From: Candidatus Micrarchaeota archaeon
Lineage (GTDB): Archaea; Micrarchaeota; Micrarchaeia; Anstonellales; Bilamarchaeaceae
Length of the DNA stretch: 64,000 bases
Direction: 5' to 3'
Assembly: GCA_038046805.1 (NCBI GenBank)
Contig: JBBSVO010000006.1
Location: 172,976-236,975 of the forward strand
In this document: positions 19,127 through 28,545 of the stretch, piece by piece
How positions within the stretch are numbered: position 1 is the stretch's first letter
How the letters are laid out: the number at the start of each line of letters is the position of its first letter
Notes under the pieces: model-generated
Told to the model about the DNA's origin: nothing
Databases searched by the model: none
Seen by the model: the letters and a program-made list of their open reading frames with translations, nothing else
Made by a program: the position numbers and the translations under genes

Positions 19127-21271
19127 TTAAGCAGCCAGGGCAGTTATTCTATCAGCTATTCTTTCGGCATTTGTATTCCTACATATGACAAATGGAATTC
19201 CCCTGCTTCTGCATATCGATGTTGCGCTTCCGGATGCGTTGTGGCCGATATGAGTTACTACTATCACAACTGTGTCGTTCTCCCCAATCGCAGCGGCAAT
19301 CGCGCTGGGTTTTACATAACTTCCGTCTATAACTCTTACTTCCTTTCCAGTTCTTTCAGCCAATGTGTCTTGGATATTTGTCATGATGTTGCCACCACAA
19401 ATCACGATAATTCTTCCAACGCTTGTTTGCACAGCAACACCTTTTTCATCAATATAATTTTGCATTATTTCTATAATAGTTCTTTCTCGGGTTTCTGCGT
19501 TGTGTTCCCGAGATCCTGCTACTGCATTAATCCAATCCAGAATCTCTTTTTCATCGGCTGCAATCAACCTGACGAGTTCTGCAAACGTCCTGCGTGCATT
19601 GTCTGATGCAAAGATTGTTTTAAGTGAAAAATCACTAAGTCCTGCAGTTATTCCTGCAATTCTTGCAAGAGCATCTACACCATGCTCCCTGAGACTGCTG
19701 AATCTGGTTGGCCTGACGCCATTTCGTTCAAGTCGTACGTATACTCCTCTGAATAATCTTACTTGGTCATCTTCTATATCTGGAAATGCCCTTTTTACCA
19801 GGGCTTCAATCCCAAGTTCTTCCTCACGTTTTTTCCCTTCCTTTCGCCTATCTATTATTTCTATAGCATTTTCTAATTCCCCATATTCCATTGCTTGCAA
19901 TGTTGCTTTTGCAATTTCCCTATCTTCCGCATTTCCAGTAAGGAACAGAGCAAGATCTTTCCATCTTTCGGATATGAAAATTATCGAGGCAGCCCTTATG
20001 ATTTGGGCAAGCTCTGTAATATGTACGCTTGGTTCTATCTGTTTTAGTAGACTATGGAATGTTGCGTTTCCTGAGTTATTTACTGTCTCTTCAGCAATCT
20101 CCAGGATATATGCGAGAAAATCAGAACGACTTACCATTCTTTTTGGCTCAGTAAGTCTCTTATATAACTCCAGGTACTCCGGGGTTGTTTCAATTTTTTT
20201 CAATATTTTTATCGCGGTTTGCACAGTTAACCCTCCAACCAATTCAAAGGCGCAAGATTCCTTTTTTACCGCAAACACATCAAGTAATCCCGTGAGTTCC
20301 TTTAGTTCTTCAAATCTCCTGGGGGTTATCCATCTTTGATTTTCCATAACTGCTCTTGCAGTTCTATCAGTTTTTATTCCTCTTACAATTTCAGCAGCTT
20401 CGTCCAGCACTTGCGTGTCAAAGAAAAGGAGATATGGGCAAAGTCCTGCTTCGCTTGCAAGCATGCTCTTTCCCAACACCGTGTCCATTCTTTGCTCGTA
20501 CATTGCGTGTACATTTGCGCTTTTTTTCGCGTGGGTATAACAGATTGCCTTGAAACATGCAGTCTTTGTCCATTCTTTTTCAGAAATGAATTCCTTTGCA
20601 ATTCCTAAAAATCTATCAATAAATGTCCGGATGTGGGTGCGGACTTCTTCATCCATGTAGCATCTTATTCCACTCATATATTCTCTTAGTGCACATTTTC
20701 CAACATTAAGCATGTGTTCCATATTTCCTGGATCAAGGATTGCACGTATGTCATCTCTCAAACTGGGGCTTATTGCTACGCCTAAATTGCAGCTGGTTCC
20801 TTCCAAACCATCTATCGCTCTCAATGTTTCTATGATTCTGCTATATCTTTCACTTGCGCCTTTGTCTAAATCGTCATATCCTAGTGTTACGGTTTCCTCC
20901 AGTCTTTGTGTAATGCGTTCAGTTGCAGGCCCTGCGATTTCATCAAGTGCTCTATCTAGTTTTGCAAAACTTTCCTCCAATTTAGCAATAACCCGTTTTT
21001 GGTTTCCTTCAGAATTCGCCATCAAATCTATAATCCCCAAATATGTAGTATCCATTTCATGTATCCTTGTATCAAAAAGTTCTTGTCCTTTTACCAGATC
21101 CTCTGCTTCTAACCCCAAGCTATTCAGTACGTCTCGCTTATTTTGGAGAAATAATTGTCTTAGCTCTTCTCCAAGTTGTCTTAGTCTTTCACGTTCCGGG
21201 GTGTGGAAATTAGGTCCACCCACACTTCGTATTCTTGCAGCTGGCGGAATCCTGAGCATTAGCTTTGGCAT
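19127..21271 (-). CDS. large hypothetical protein with DUF2325-like C-terminal domain
   Basis: 714 aa and mostly helical. The C-terminal ~90 aa (VIDGSYVKPSAIAAAIGENDTVVIVVTHIGHNASGS…GIPFVICRNTN) fits the DUF2325 pattern. Confidence 0.45.
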   Translation of the reverse strand: MPKLMLRIPPAARIRSVGGPNFHTPERERLRQLGEELRQLFLQNKRDVLNSLGLEAEDLVKGQELFDTRIHEMDTTYLGIIDLMANSEGNQKRVIAKLEESFAKLDRALDEIAGPATERITQRLEETVTLGYDDLDKGASERYSRIIETLRAIDGLEGTSCNLGVAISPSLRDDIRAILDPGNMEHMLNVGKCALREYMSGIRCYMDEEVRTHIRTFIDRFLGIAKEFISEKEWTKTACFKAICYTHAKKSANVHAMYEQRMDTVLGKSMLASEAGLCPYLLFFDTQVLDEAAEIVRGIKTDRTARAVMENQRWITPRRFEELKELTGLLDVFAVKKESCAFELVGGLTVQTAIKILKKIETTPEYLELYKRLTEPKRMVSRSDFLAYILEIAEETVNNSGNATFHSLLKQIEPSVHITELAQIIRAASIIFISERWKDLALFLTGNAEDREIAKATLQAMEYGELENAIEIIDRRKEGKKREEELGIEALVKRAFPDIEDDQVRLFRGVYVRLERNGVRPTRFSSLREHGVDALARIAGITAGLSDFSLKTIFASDNARRTFAELVRLIAADEKEILDWINAVAGSREHNAETRERTIIEIMQNYIDEKGVAVQTSVGRIIVICGGNIMTNIQDTLAERTGKEVRVIDGSYVKPSAIAAAIGENDTVVIVVTHIGHNASGSATSICRSRGIPFVICRNTNAERIADRITALAA

Positions 21272-21336
21272 AATTTTTATTTGGACAGAAGAGTATATAA
21301 ATTGTAACTTAGATGATTTCTTAAGGCCATATTTCT

Positions 21337-21879
21337 ATGTCTGCCATTATGAAGCTGAGAGGAAATCTTCCAAGAGTTGCGCTTACGGCGGGTTCAATTG
21401 TTGCAGCGATAGCATTATCTAAATGTGAACCCGATACGACTATTATCCGATACCAACCGGATTCAGGAGCAGCGGCAGAAGAAACTGTCTCAAGAGTGGC
21501 GAGAGTAAATTCTGTTTTTGAAGGAAAACCTTGTAGTACCATATCGGATATGGCCCTCACTAAAGACGCCCCCCAAAAGTTATCATCGGAAATTTCAATT
21601 AATTTAAATGATGCAATACTTGAGGGTGGGAAGCCAGTTGCGTTTCTAACTATATCTGGTCAAGGCCAGAATACACTTGACACGGAAAATGATTCGCGTG
21701 GCGTATACACTATACATTGGAGTTCTATGGTTAATTTGAAAATGAGTAAAGGTAGTTTTGAGCAAATTACTATGGGGCAGAAGGGGGAATTGTTAATTTC
21801 TCTTAGCGTAGGTGCGATTTCTGTTGGTGGGCAATCTTCCTCGCTATTGTTGGATGCTTCGATTTGCAGGAATTATTGA
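21337..21879 (+). CDS. hypothetical protein
   Basis: ORF only. Confidence 0.3.
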   Translation: MSAIMKLRGNLPRVALTAGSIVAAIALSKCEPDTTIIRYQPDSGAAAEETVSRVARVNSVFEGKPCSTISDMALTKDAPQKLSSEISINLNDAILEGGKPVAFLTISGQGQNTLDTENDSRGVYTIHWSSMVNLKMSKGSFEQITMGQKGELLISLSVGAISVGGQSSSLLLDASICRNY

Positions 21880-21979
21880 ATATAATTTGCATGCGACAGG
21901 GAACGGGGATTCGCATGGTGGAGAATACGGGATTTTGAATTGAGATCGTTCTAAAACTTCTCCTTCATAATCATATTTT

Positions 21980-22573
21980 ATGGATCGCAGGATAATCTCG
22001 CTCTACAAAAAACTCCTCTCTCAATTCGGCCCCAAGAAATGGTGGCCCGCTAATTCAGATTACGAAGTAGTCATAGGTGCAATCCTCACCCAGAACACGA
22101 ATTGGAAGAATGTTGAGAAAGCAATCTCGAATTTACGTGCGGCAAAAAAACTTAACGAGAAATCGATACTCAAGATGCAAGACGCGGAACTCGAAACACT
22201 AATCCGTCCAAGCGGATTTTACAAACAAAAAGCTGAGCGGCTCAAACTTGCGACAAGGAAATGGATGGAGTTGAAGGATAGCCGAGACTTGACTTTGGAA
22301 GAACTCCGCACTGAACTTCTATCAGTAAAAGGAATCGGAAAAGAAACTGCGGACAGCATTATCCTATATGCATTCCACAGGCCAATCTTTGTAATTGACG
22401 CATACACGCGGCGGTTCTGCAAGGAATTTTTCGATGTTGAATTCCGAGACCGGGACTACGACGAATACCGCAAATTCTTTGAATCCGCATTGCCGAACGA
22501 TGTCGCGTTGTTCAAGGAATACCATGCGCTGATTGTGGAATGGGGGAAGCAAAATAACAAGCTTCACCTCTAG
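21980..22573 (+). CDS. HhH-GPD superfamily base-excision DNA glycosylase (endonuclease III-like)
   Basis: AILTQNTNWKNVEKA…VKGIGKETADSI helix-hairpin-helix/GPD motif. Confidence 0.7.
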   Translation: MDRRIISLYKKLLSQFGPKKWWPANSDYEVVIGAILTQNTNWKNVEKAISNLRAAKKLNEKSILKMQDAELETLIRPSGFYKQKAERLKLATRKWMELKDSRDLTLEELRTELLSVKGIGKETADSIILYAFHRPIFVIDAYTRRFCKEFFDVEFRDRDYDEYRKFFESALPNDVALFKEYHALIVEWGKQNNKLHL

Positions 22574-22611
22574 CGTAAACATTTATAAATCCTTATTACA
22601 CATAGTTATAT

Positions 22612-22848
22612 GTGAATACCATGGTAAATGTAACAATTGCAGTCCCAGAGGAATTGAAGAAGCTGTTAGATGCCCATGCCGAAATAAATTGGAGCGAAGT
22701 TGCCAGGCAGGCATGGTGGAAGAAGGCAAGAGAGCTGGAACTTCTGAACAAATTAACCAGGGAAACCAATGCCAGCGATAAAGACGTGCTCGCACTTGCA
22801 AAATTGATAAAAAAAGGAATCGCAGACTGGCATGGTGCACAGATGTAA
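22612..22848 (+). CDS. putative antitoxin (VapB-like)
   Basis: 78-aa protein immediately upstream of the PIN gene. Confidence 0.4.
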   Translation: MNTMVNVTIAVPEELKKLLDAHAEINWSEVARQAWWKKARELELLNKLTRETNASDKDVLALAKLIKKGIADWHGAQM

Positions 22849-22862
22849 TCTCAGGTATTTTC

Positions 22863-23276
22863 ATGGAACTTGTTGTCGACACCAGCGTAGTCGTTGCAGC
22901 CATACTTAAGAGCGGGACAACACGCAATCTTCTTTTCAACTCTTTTGTGAAACTTTATTCTCCAGAACGGCTTGAGGCAGAACTTTTTAAGAACAAGGAA
23001 AAGTTTAAGGAGTATGCGAATCTTACAGATGACGAATTCAATAATGCAGTTGAACTTGTGCTGAAACAGATTGAGATAATTCCGTTTGAGGAATATCGTG
23101 AAAAAGAACCAGAAGCAAAATCGGCATGCAGAAGAGACGAAAGCGATTGGACGTTTGTTGCGCTTGCATTAAGGCTGAATATTGCGATATGGTCTAACGA
23201 CCCGGATTTACTGGAGGGTCAGAATAAAGTAAAGGTGTTATCTACTTCTGATTTGTTAAGGATTCTCACTGGATAA
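22863..23276 (+). CDS. vapC: PIN-domain toxin VapC
   Basis: LVVDTSVVVAA N-terminal acidic motif. 137 aa. Confidence 0.65.
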   Translation: MELVVDTSVVVAAILKSGTTRNLLFNSFVKLYSPERLEAELFKNKEKFKEYANLTDDEFNNAVELVLKQIEIIPFEEYREKEPEAKSACRRDESDWTFVALALRLNIAIWSNDPDLLEGQNKVKVLSTSDLLRILTG

Positions 23277-23324
23277 TTTTACGAATATCACGCGCTGATT
23301 GTGGAATGGGGGGAGAGCCAGATG

Positions 23325-23960
23325 CTACATCTCGCGTAGCTCTTCAATTTTTTTCCTTTTCCATTTCTTGAACTCCTGGAAATCCATGCCAAGATATTTT
23401 ATGTCATTGTCACTGAAGTTTGCAATAACCGCCACGAGCTCTTTTTTGTAATCTTCATTTTCATCAAGTTTGTATTCTTTTAGAAGTGCAATATATTTTT
23501 TCAAATCCACCGGAGCGTAAATCAATAAAGTCAAAATATCTATGGAATCTTTTATTCCCTTTACTGAATTCCGCCTTGCTATTTCCGCTCCTTGTTTGAG
23601 AATCAGCAGAGCCTCTGGCTTTATGGTTTTGATGTTCTGAACTTTGGTAGTATGGTCCTTCATTATATCGTTCACTGGTAGTGTCAATTCAGAAAAGAAC
23701 GGAACATATATGTCAATATCGAATTTTTCAAGCTTTATCTCGTATTTGTGGAGCCGTTCGTTCTTTTCCAGTCGGTAGTTTTGCTGCAATTTCGCCAGAG
23801 TTTCATAATCAACAATAATGTCGATATCCTTTGACTTGTGTTTGCCAGTCCACAAATAAGCTGCCCATCCGCCAATAAGCACGAAATCAATCTCCTTTGA
23901 CAGCTCCTGCAGCCTTTCCCAGCTCGCTTGCGTGACAAGTTCATTCCAAAATTCATTCAT
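23325..23960 (-). CDS. nucleotidyltransferase, AbiEii-like (putative type IV TA toxin)
   Basis: LIGGWAAYLW…SKDIDIIVD resembles the GGtA…S.DIDl minimal-NTase motif. Overlaps the upstream wHTH gene by 4 nt. Confidence 0.45.
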   Translation of the reverse strand: MNEFWNELVTQASWERLQELSKEIDFVLIGGWAAYLWTGKHKSKDIDIIVDYETLAKLQQNYRLEKNERLHKYEIKLEKFDIDIYVPFFSELTLPVNDIMKDHTTKVQNIKTIKPEALLILKQGAEIARRNSVKGIKDSIDILTLLIYAPVDLKKYIALLKEYKLDENEDYKKELVAVIANFSDNDIKYLGMDFQEFKKWKRKKIEELREM

Positions 23961-24559
23961 GCCAAAACCCCATCAATTTTTTTCTCAAGCGCCTGCAAAA
24001 ATTCCTTTGCGTACCAAGAGTTGATGTTCCATAAGTCAACGAACATATTCGCAATTGAGCAGATGCTTTTTTCCGTAGTTTCATTCAGGTGCGAATCCAC
24101 TTCGAGCATAATCAGATTTGGAGGGCCGTCCTTTTTCGGAAACTGTCTCTTGAATTCCTTTAGCACCTCATCATCCGCGTAAACATAAATCTCGCTGTAG
24201 TCTGCTGGTACATCGTCGAATTTGAATTTATAGGCGCTGTACGCGGTGTAAACAACTCCTTGCGGCATGTTCTTTTCTATTTCCTTTATCGTTGTATCCA
24301 CTCGCGTTTGATAAATAATATTCTTTGATAAATTCCTTTTGCTTGCCCAGAACAAGAGCAGTTTTTTCGGGTCAATCAGCCTGAATCCCATAGGGGTTTT
24401 CCTTATTGCGCCCATTTCTTCAGTAGGCCTGAGCGCGTAATTCACAGTGCTTAGCGAAATTCCAAGCTTTTTGGCTATCGCTAATTGCGTGAACTGAAAT
24501 TGGCCTTTCTCAATGCGCTGGTAAAGCAGCTCTCGGTATATCCACTCGCTCCTCTGCAT
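23957..24559 (-). CDS. winged-HTH regulator, AbiEi-like (putative antitoxin)
   Basis: N-terminal HTH (LAIAKKLGISLSTVNYAL). Gene order of wHTH then NTase as in AbiE. Confidence 0.4.
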   Translation of the reverse strand: MQRSEWIYRELLYQRIEKGQFQFTQLAIAKKLGISLSTVNYALRPTEEMGAIRKTPMGFRLIDPKKLLLFWASKRNLSKNIIYQTRVDTTIKEIEKNMPQGVVYTAYSAYKFKFDDVPADYSEIYVYADDEVLKEFKRQFPKKDGPPNLIMLEVDSHLNETTEKSICSIANMFVDLWNINSWYAKEFLQALEKKIDGVLA

Positions 24560-24616
24560 GTTTCTATTTTTAACATTTGTTCTTTATAAAGGTTTCGAAG
24601 ATTATCGAAAACTACG

Positions 24617-25315
24617 TTATTCATTCAACGGCGGAACATATTTCCGTAATATGACTCTCTCACGTTCAACTCCAAGACTTTCCGCAAATTCAATGTACTC
24701 TTCTGCTGTTCTTGTTTTCACTTCTCCATCATCAAATCCTATAACAAAACTTGCAAATGTGGCTATTCCACTTTTAATACAATTCCGGACGAATTCAATC
24801 AATCTTCCGAACGCATCCTCGTCTTTCCATCTTGGTCTGGATATGGCCGCGTATTCATCGCGGTTTATCGCATTAACCGAAATTCTTATTTCATCAAGTC
24901 CAGCTTCTCTTAATTCTTGTGCCGGATTTCCATCCCTCCAGCATTTTACTAATCCATTCGTGTCTATTCGCATTCTTCCTGTAAACCCACCCGATTTTGT
25001 TCCAGTTATTACTTTACATGCAAGCTCAAATTGCAAAAGCGGTTCTCCAAGTCCAACAAATGCAACCTCACTCGTGTCCGAGCCAATGTTTGCCCTCAGT
25101 TCACGCAATACCTCTTCTGTCAATGGTGCCTTTGCTAGCCACAACTTTGCGCCAGCCTTTTTCTCGTATATATTTGCTTTGCCTTCTATTGCTGCGCCTC
25201 TGCTGCAAAACCTGCATGAATTCGAACAAGAATAACTCGGCACTATATTCACATATAAAATATCCGCTTTTGGGTCATACGGGGTTGCAAACTGGTATAC
25301 TATCCTGTTCTTCAT
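24617..25315 (-). CDS. small radical SAM protein (function unknown)
   Basis: CSNSCRFC CxxxCxxC cluster. 232 aa with no SPASM domain. Overlaps the aaRS-like gene by 4 nt. Confidence 0.6.
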   Translation of the reverse strand: MKNRIVYQFATPYDPKADILYVNIVPSYSCSNSCRFCSRGAAIEGKANIYEKKAGAKLWLAKAPLTEEVLRELRANIGSDTSEVAFVGLGEPLLQFELACKVITGTKSGGFTGRMRIDTNGLVKCWRDGNPAQELREAGLDEIRISVNAINRDEYAAISRPRWKDEDAFGRLIEFVRNCIKSGIATFASFVIGFDDGEVKTRTAEEYIEFAESLGVERERVILRKYVPPLNE

Positions 25316-26280
25316 TCCATCACCTCCCGTATTTTACCAGGAAATTTTTCAAAATCTGCCCCGTAGTTCGTAAGTAAGGCAAACATCATTCGTTCCAGCC
25401 CGATTCCAGTGCAACCACTCCACAATGCTGTGCAGTTCTGACCAGTAATACTAAATCTTGAAGTCAGGATGGTTGAGAGAACCGCGCTGCCAGCGACTTC
25501 CAAAAATGAGCTTCCGTTTCTGTATCCCGGGCAATATATTTCCAAGTCTTTAACCGGTATTTCATCTAATGTTTGCGGAGGCCCTAGCTCCCCGGGTTTT
25601 ATCTCGTAGCATCCACTACCAACAACTATCCGGTATTCTAATCCTAAATCAACGCATAATCTTTCCAATCGGGCAAGGCATTCCTCTCTAATTTGTATGG
25701 TCTGAGCTTTAGTTCCCAAATATATAAATTCTGCCCTATGGAACTCCCTTTGTTTCACAAGAGGAACTATCTTATCAGAATCCTCGTTTCTATATGTTGG
25801 GCCAGAGCAATCAAACCATTTTACGGGCAGGGAACTTGGCTCTATCACGTTTCCTTCAAATATCTGATAAAATGTTGTACATTGCAAGGGATCCATAAGA
25901 TATTCTTCCCTGACGCCTTTCGTACTTGAAAATGGTCTGACTACAATTAAATAGTCATCCCAATTACCGGTAATTCCTGCTTTTCTAAACGTTTTCACTG
26001 GGGCAATTTTTGGCAGGACTACTTCCTCAAAGACAAGCGGTTTTTGCATATCCTCCGTAAGCAACGTGCAAACCGCATTCAGAAGTCTCGTTCCTTTTGG
26101 CAATAGCACATACTGCCCTGAGCCTCTTACGAATTCCTTACAGATATCATTTTCAGCGCGAGCATCAAAGCCCCCCGGGGTCCCTCTAAATCCTTTCTTC
26201 CCTCTTTTGATTAATGCGCCCTCGGTTGTCGGAATTTGTTTGGTTGCAGTTGTCAAAATTGGCATGATATGTTCGCTCAA
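25312..26280 (-). CDS. class II aminoacyl-tRNA-synthetase-like catalytic-core protein (no anticodon-binding domain)
   Basis: Motif-2-like YRNEDS…REFHRAEF and motif-3-like GCTGIGLERMMFALL, class IIa flavour. 322 aa. Confidence 0.5.
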   Translation of the reverse strand: MSEHIMPILTTATKQIPTTEGALIKRGKKGFRGTPGGFDARAENDICKEFVRGSGQYVLLPKGTRLLNAVCTLLTEDMQKPLVFEEVVLPKIAPVKTFRKAGITGNWDDYLIVVRPFSSTKGVREEYLMDPLQCTTFYQIFEGNVIEPSSLPVKWFDCSGPTYRNEDSDKIVPLVKQREFHRAEFIYLGTKAQTIQIREECLARLERLCVDLGLEYRIVVGSGCYEIKPGELGPPQTLDEIPVKDLEIYCPGYRNGSSFLEVAGSAVLSTILTSRFSITGQNCTALWSGCTGIGLERMMFALLTNYGADFEKFPGKIREVME

Positions 26281-26321
26281 ACCCCTTATTTATATATTTA
26301 TCCTCCCAAAAGAGACTACAC

Positions 26322-27053
26322 ATGAAAGAAGACATTCTGGAGGATTTGGGGCTGTCAAAAGCCGAGATAAAAGTGTATATTTCGCTTCTTGAACTGGGCA
26401 GCTCCAGCGCGGGCGCAATCCTTCAAAAATGCGGGCTTCAGAATTCCGTAACCCATCGTGCACTTAACAGTCTCATAGAAAAAGGATTAATCAGTTACAT
26501 CACTGAAGGAAAAAGGAAAACCTACCAGGCAACCAGCCCGGATTTCTTTTATGATTTTATCGAAGATAAGAAAACAAGGTTTGAGTTGCTGCTTCCGGAA
26601 TTAAAGAAAAAACAGGAGGGGGCCGAGGCCAGGAGCGAGGCAATGGTTTACAAGGGCAAAAAAGGAATAAACGAAATCTACAATCGCTTGTTGAATTCCG
26701 GAGAAAAGGAATACCTTACTTTTGGTGGCGGCAAGCGCGTCACTTACGAAGTTATGGGCGAAGACTGGTGGAAGCTTTTACATTCAAAGCGAATTGCAAG
26801 AGGGATTCGTGCAAGGCAGGTCTTTGACGAAACAATAAGAAAATTCGGAGATGAACTCAACAAACGTCCGTTGTCGCGCGTTCGTTTTCTTTCCCAGGAA
26901 TTCGAACAATTGACTGAAACCGTAATCGTTGGCGAATGTGTGGCTATTGTTATGTTCACAGAAAATCCATACGGCATCCTGATAAGAGACAAGTCTGTTG
27001 CCGACAGTTACAGGAAAAATTTTGAAATTCTATGGGAAAAGGCGAGGAAGTAG
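26322..27053 (+). CDS. TrmB-family transcriptional regulator
   Basis: N-terminal wHTH (LSKAEIKVYISLLELGSSSAGAILQKCGL). Divergent from the aaRS-like/radical SAM pair. Confidence 0.6.
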   Translation: MKEDILEDLGLSKAEIKVYISLLELGSSSAGAILQKCGLQNSVTHRALNSLIEKGLISYITEGKRKTYQATSPDFFYDFIEDKKTRFELLLPELKKKQEGAEARSEAMVYKGKKGINEIYNRLLNSGEKEYLTFGGGKRVTYEVMGEDWWKLLHSKRIARGIRARQVFDETIRKFGDELNKRPLSRVRFLSQEFEQLTETVIVGECVAIVMFTENPYGILIRDKSVADSYRKNFEILWEKARK

Positions 27054-27062
27054 CCGCAAAAC

Positions 27063-28529
27063 TCAGTACCTGTCCAATGCGCCATACTGAAATTTCGGGA
27101 AGTAAACGCTCCCACCTATAAATTCCCGCATTATTGAATCTGGAGGTATTTGTGCGATCTGCCCCGCTGTTGCAGTCTCCAATTTATCAAACAGTGCACA
27201 TACTCTTTTCGCACGCAAAAGAGCATCTCCTAGTTGCTTATCAGATTGCCGTTCAAAAATTCCAAGGTACTTTCTGAAAAATCTTTCGGCATGCATCTTG
27301 AAAATAGGCAGTTCGTAAGCAAGCCCGCCGTTGATTCTAACATCTGCGGTATTGATCAACGGGAACATGGACCCCTCTCCTTTTCGTACAAGATACCAGT
27401 GCACCAACGTAAGCAGCGTATCCTGCCCTCTTGTGGCAACATCCCTGAGCATCCTTCTTATAAGGCGTACATCTGTCCATCTGGTATATCTCTCTCCGTC
27501 GTGTATTGTGTTCATTGCCTCTATATAGAGCTTGAATTTTTGTTCGTTCGGGACTGCCGAGGTCAGGTCTGGATAAAGTCCGTGCAGGCAGTCAAATACC
27601 AGCACTTCGTTTGGCCCGAGCGCTTGAAATTCCGTATGGTTCGGAATGATCTGCCCGGTTCCGAAATCATATTTCGGAATCCAAACAACTTCCCCGCGTA
27701 TTATCCGTTCAAGCACTTCATTAAGTGCCTCAAGGCCGTATGCAAACGGTGTTTCATAATCCCAGTCGCTTACCTCTTTTCCATCAATTACATAAGCATG
27801 CCTCTGGTTTGAGGTTTTTGGCTGGAAGAACATATCCACCTCAAGAGGCCTGAAGGTTGTCTTGCCACGGGTAATATCATTTATTGTCCCGCAAATCCTG
27901 TTCGCAGTAGTTGTTTTCCCAGAAGATGATGGCCCGCATACTATAAGCATGCGCAATCCTGTCCGCCCAAGGAATTCCTGTGCCGCATTTTCAAGCTCAA
28001 CGTGTTTTTGCGCTTCTGCTGCACGGATAAGCTCGCGAGCATCTCTTTCCCTTCCACCGAACCAGGCATTTAATCCTTCAATGGTATGACAATCATGCTC
28101 TTCGTTCCATTTATATACTCTTGAAACTTCCGTGCGCGGAACTCCATCAACAGTAAATTGATCAGCACGGATCAGCCCCCTTTCCACAAGCTCGACTCCT
28201 GCGCCATAAAGCAAATATTCTTCTGCGAGTTCGTATGCACCAATGTTCCACATCGCCTGTTTTACCGCATTTTGGACCTCGCCCCTAGTCGCGGTTTCCC
28301 TTTTTGTTCCGACAAGCGTCTCCACCGCCGAATCGGTTAAATCCCTTGCCCTTTTCATCGCTGGCCCAAAAGGACAATGCTCGGTTCGCATTATCGCATC
28401 GGCTATTGCCTGTCTTATCGGAGCCCTGTTAAAATCAGTTTTTGCTCCTTTAATCGGCTGGAAATATTTTAGTGCTACTGCCATAAAATTTATGTTGTGG
28501 AAACAATATTTAAACCTTGTTTTTACCAC
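27063..28529 (-). CDS. ATP-cone-like N-domain + P-loop kinase (uridine kinase/PRK-like fold)
   Basis: IVCGPSSSGKTTTANRI Walker A of UK/PRK type. N-terminus (FNRAPIRQAIADAIMR) is ATP-cone-like. Confidence 0.45.
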   Translation of the reverse strand: MVKTRFKYCFHNINFMAVALKYFQPIKGAKTDFNRAPIRQAIADAIMRTEHCPFGPAMKRARDLTDSAVETLVGTKRETATRGEVQNAVKQAMWNIGAYELAEEYLLYGAGVELVERGLIRADQFTVDGVPRTEVSRVYKWNEEHDCHTIEGLNAWFGGRERDARELIRAAEAQKHVELENAAQEFLGRTGLRMLIVCGPSSSGKTTTANRICGTINDITRGKTTFRPLEVDMFFQPKTSNQRHAYVIDGKEVSDWDYETPFAYGLEALNEVLERIIRGEVVWIPKYDFGTGQIIPNHTEFQALGPNEVLVFDCLHGLYPDLTSAVPNEQKFKLYIEAMNTIHDGERYTRWTDVRLIRRMLRDVATRGQDTLLTLVHWYLVRKGEGSMFPLINTADVRINGGLAYELPIFKMHAERFFRKYLGIFERQSDKQLGDALLRAKRVCALFDKLETATAGQIAQIPPDSIMREFIGGSVYFPKFQYGALDRY

Positions 28530-28545
28530 AAAATTTGCATCACAC

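Noticed and set aside
19500-20339. 279-aa plus-strand ORF (and 20336-21422 ORFs) inside the 714-aa minus-strand gene
   Set aside because: Antisense to a long coherent ORF. Low-complexity S/L-rich translation typical of shadow ORFs.
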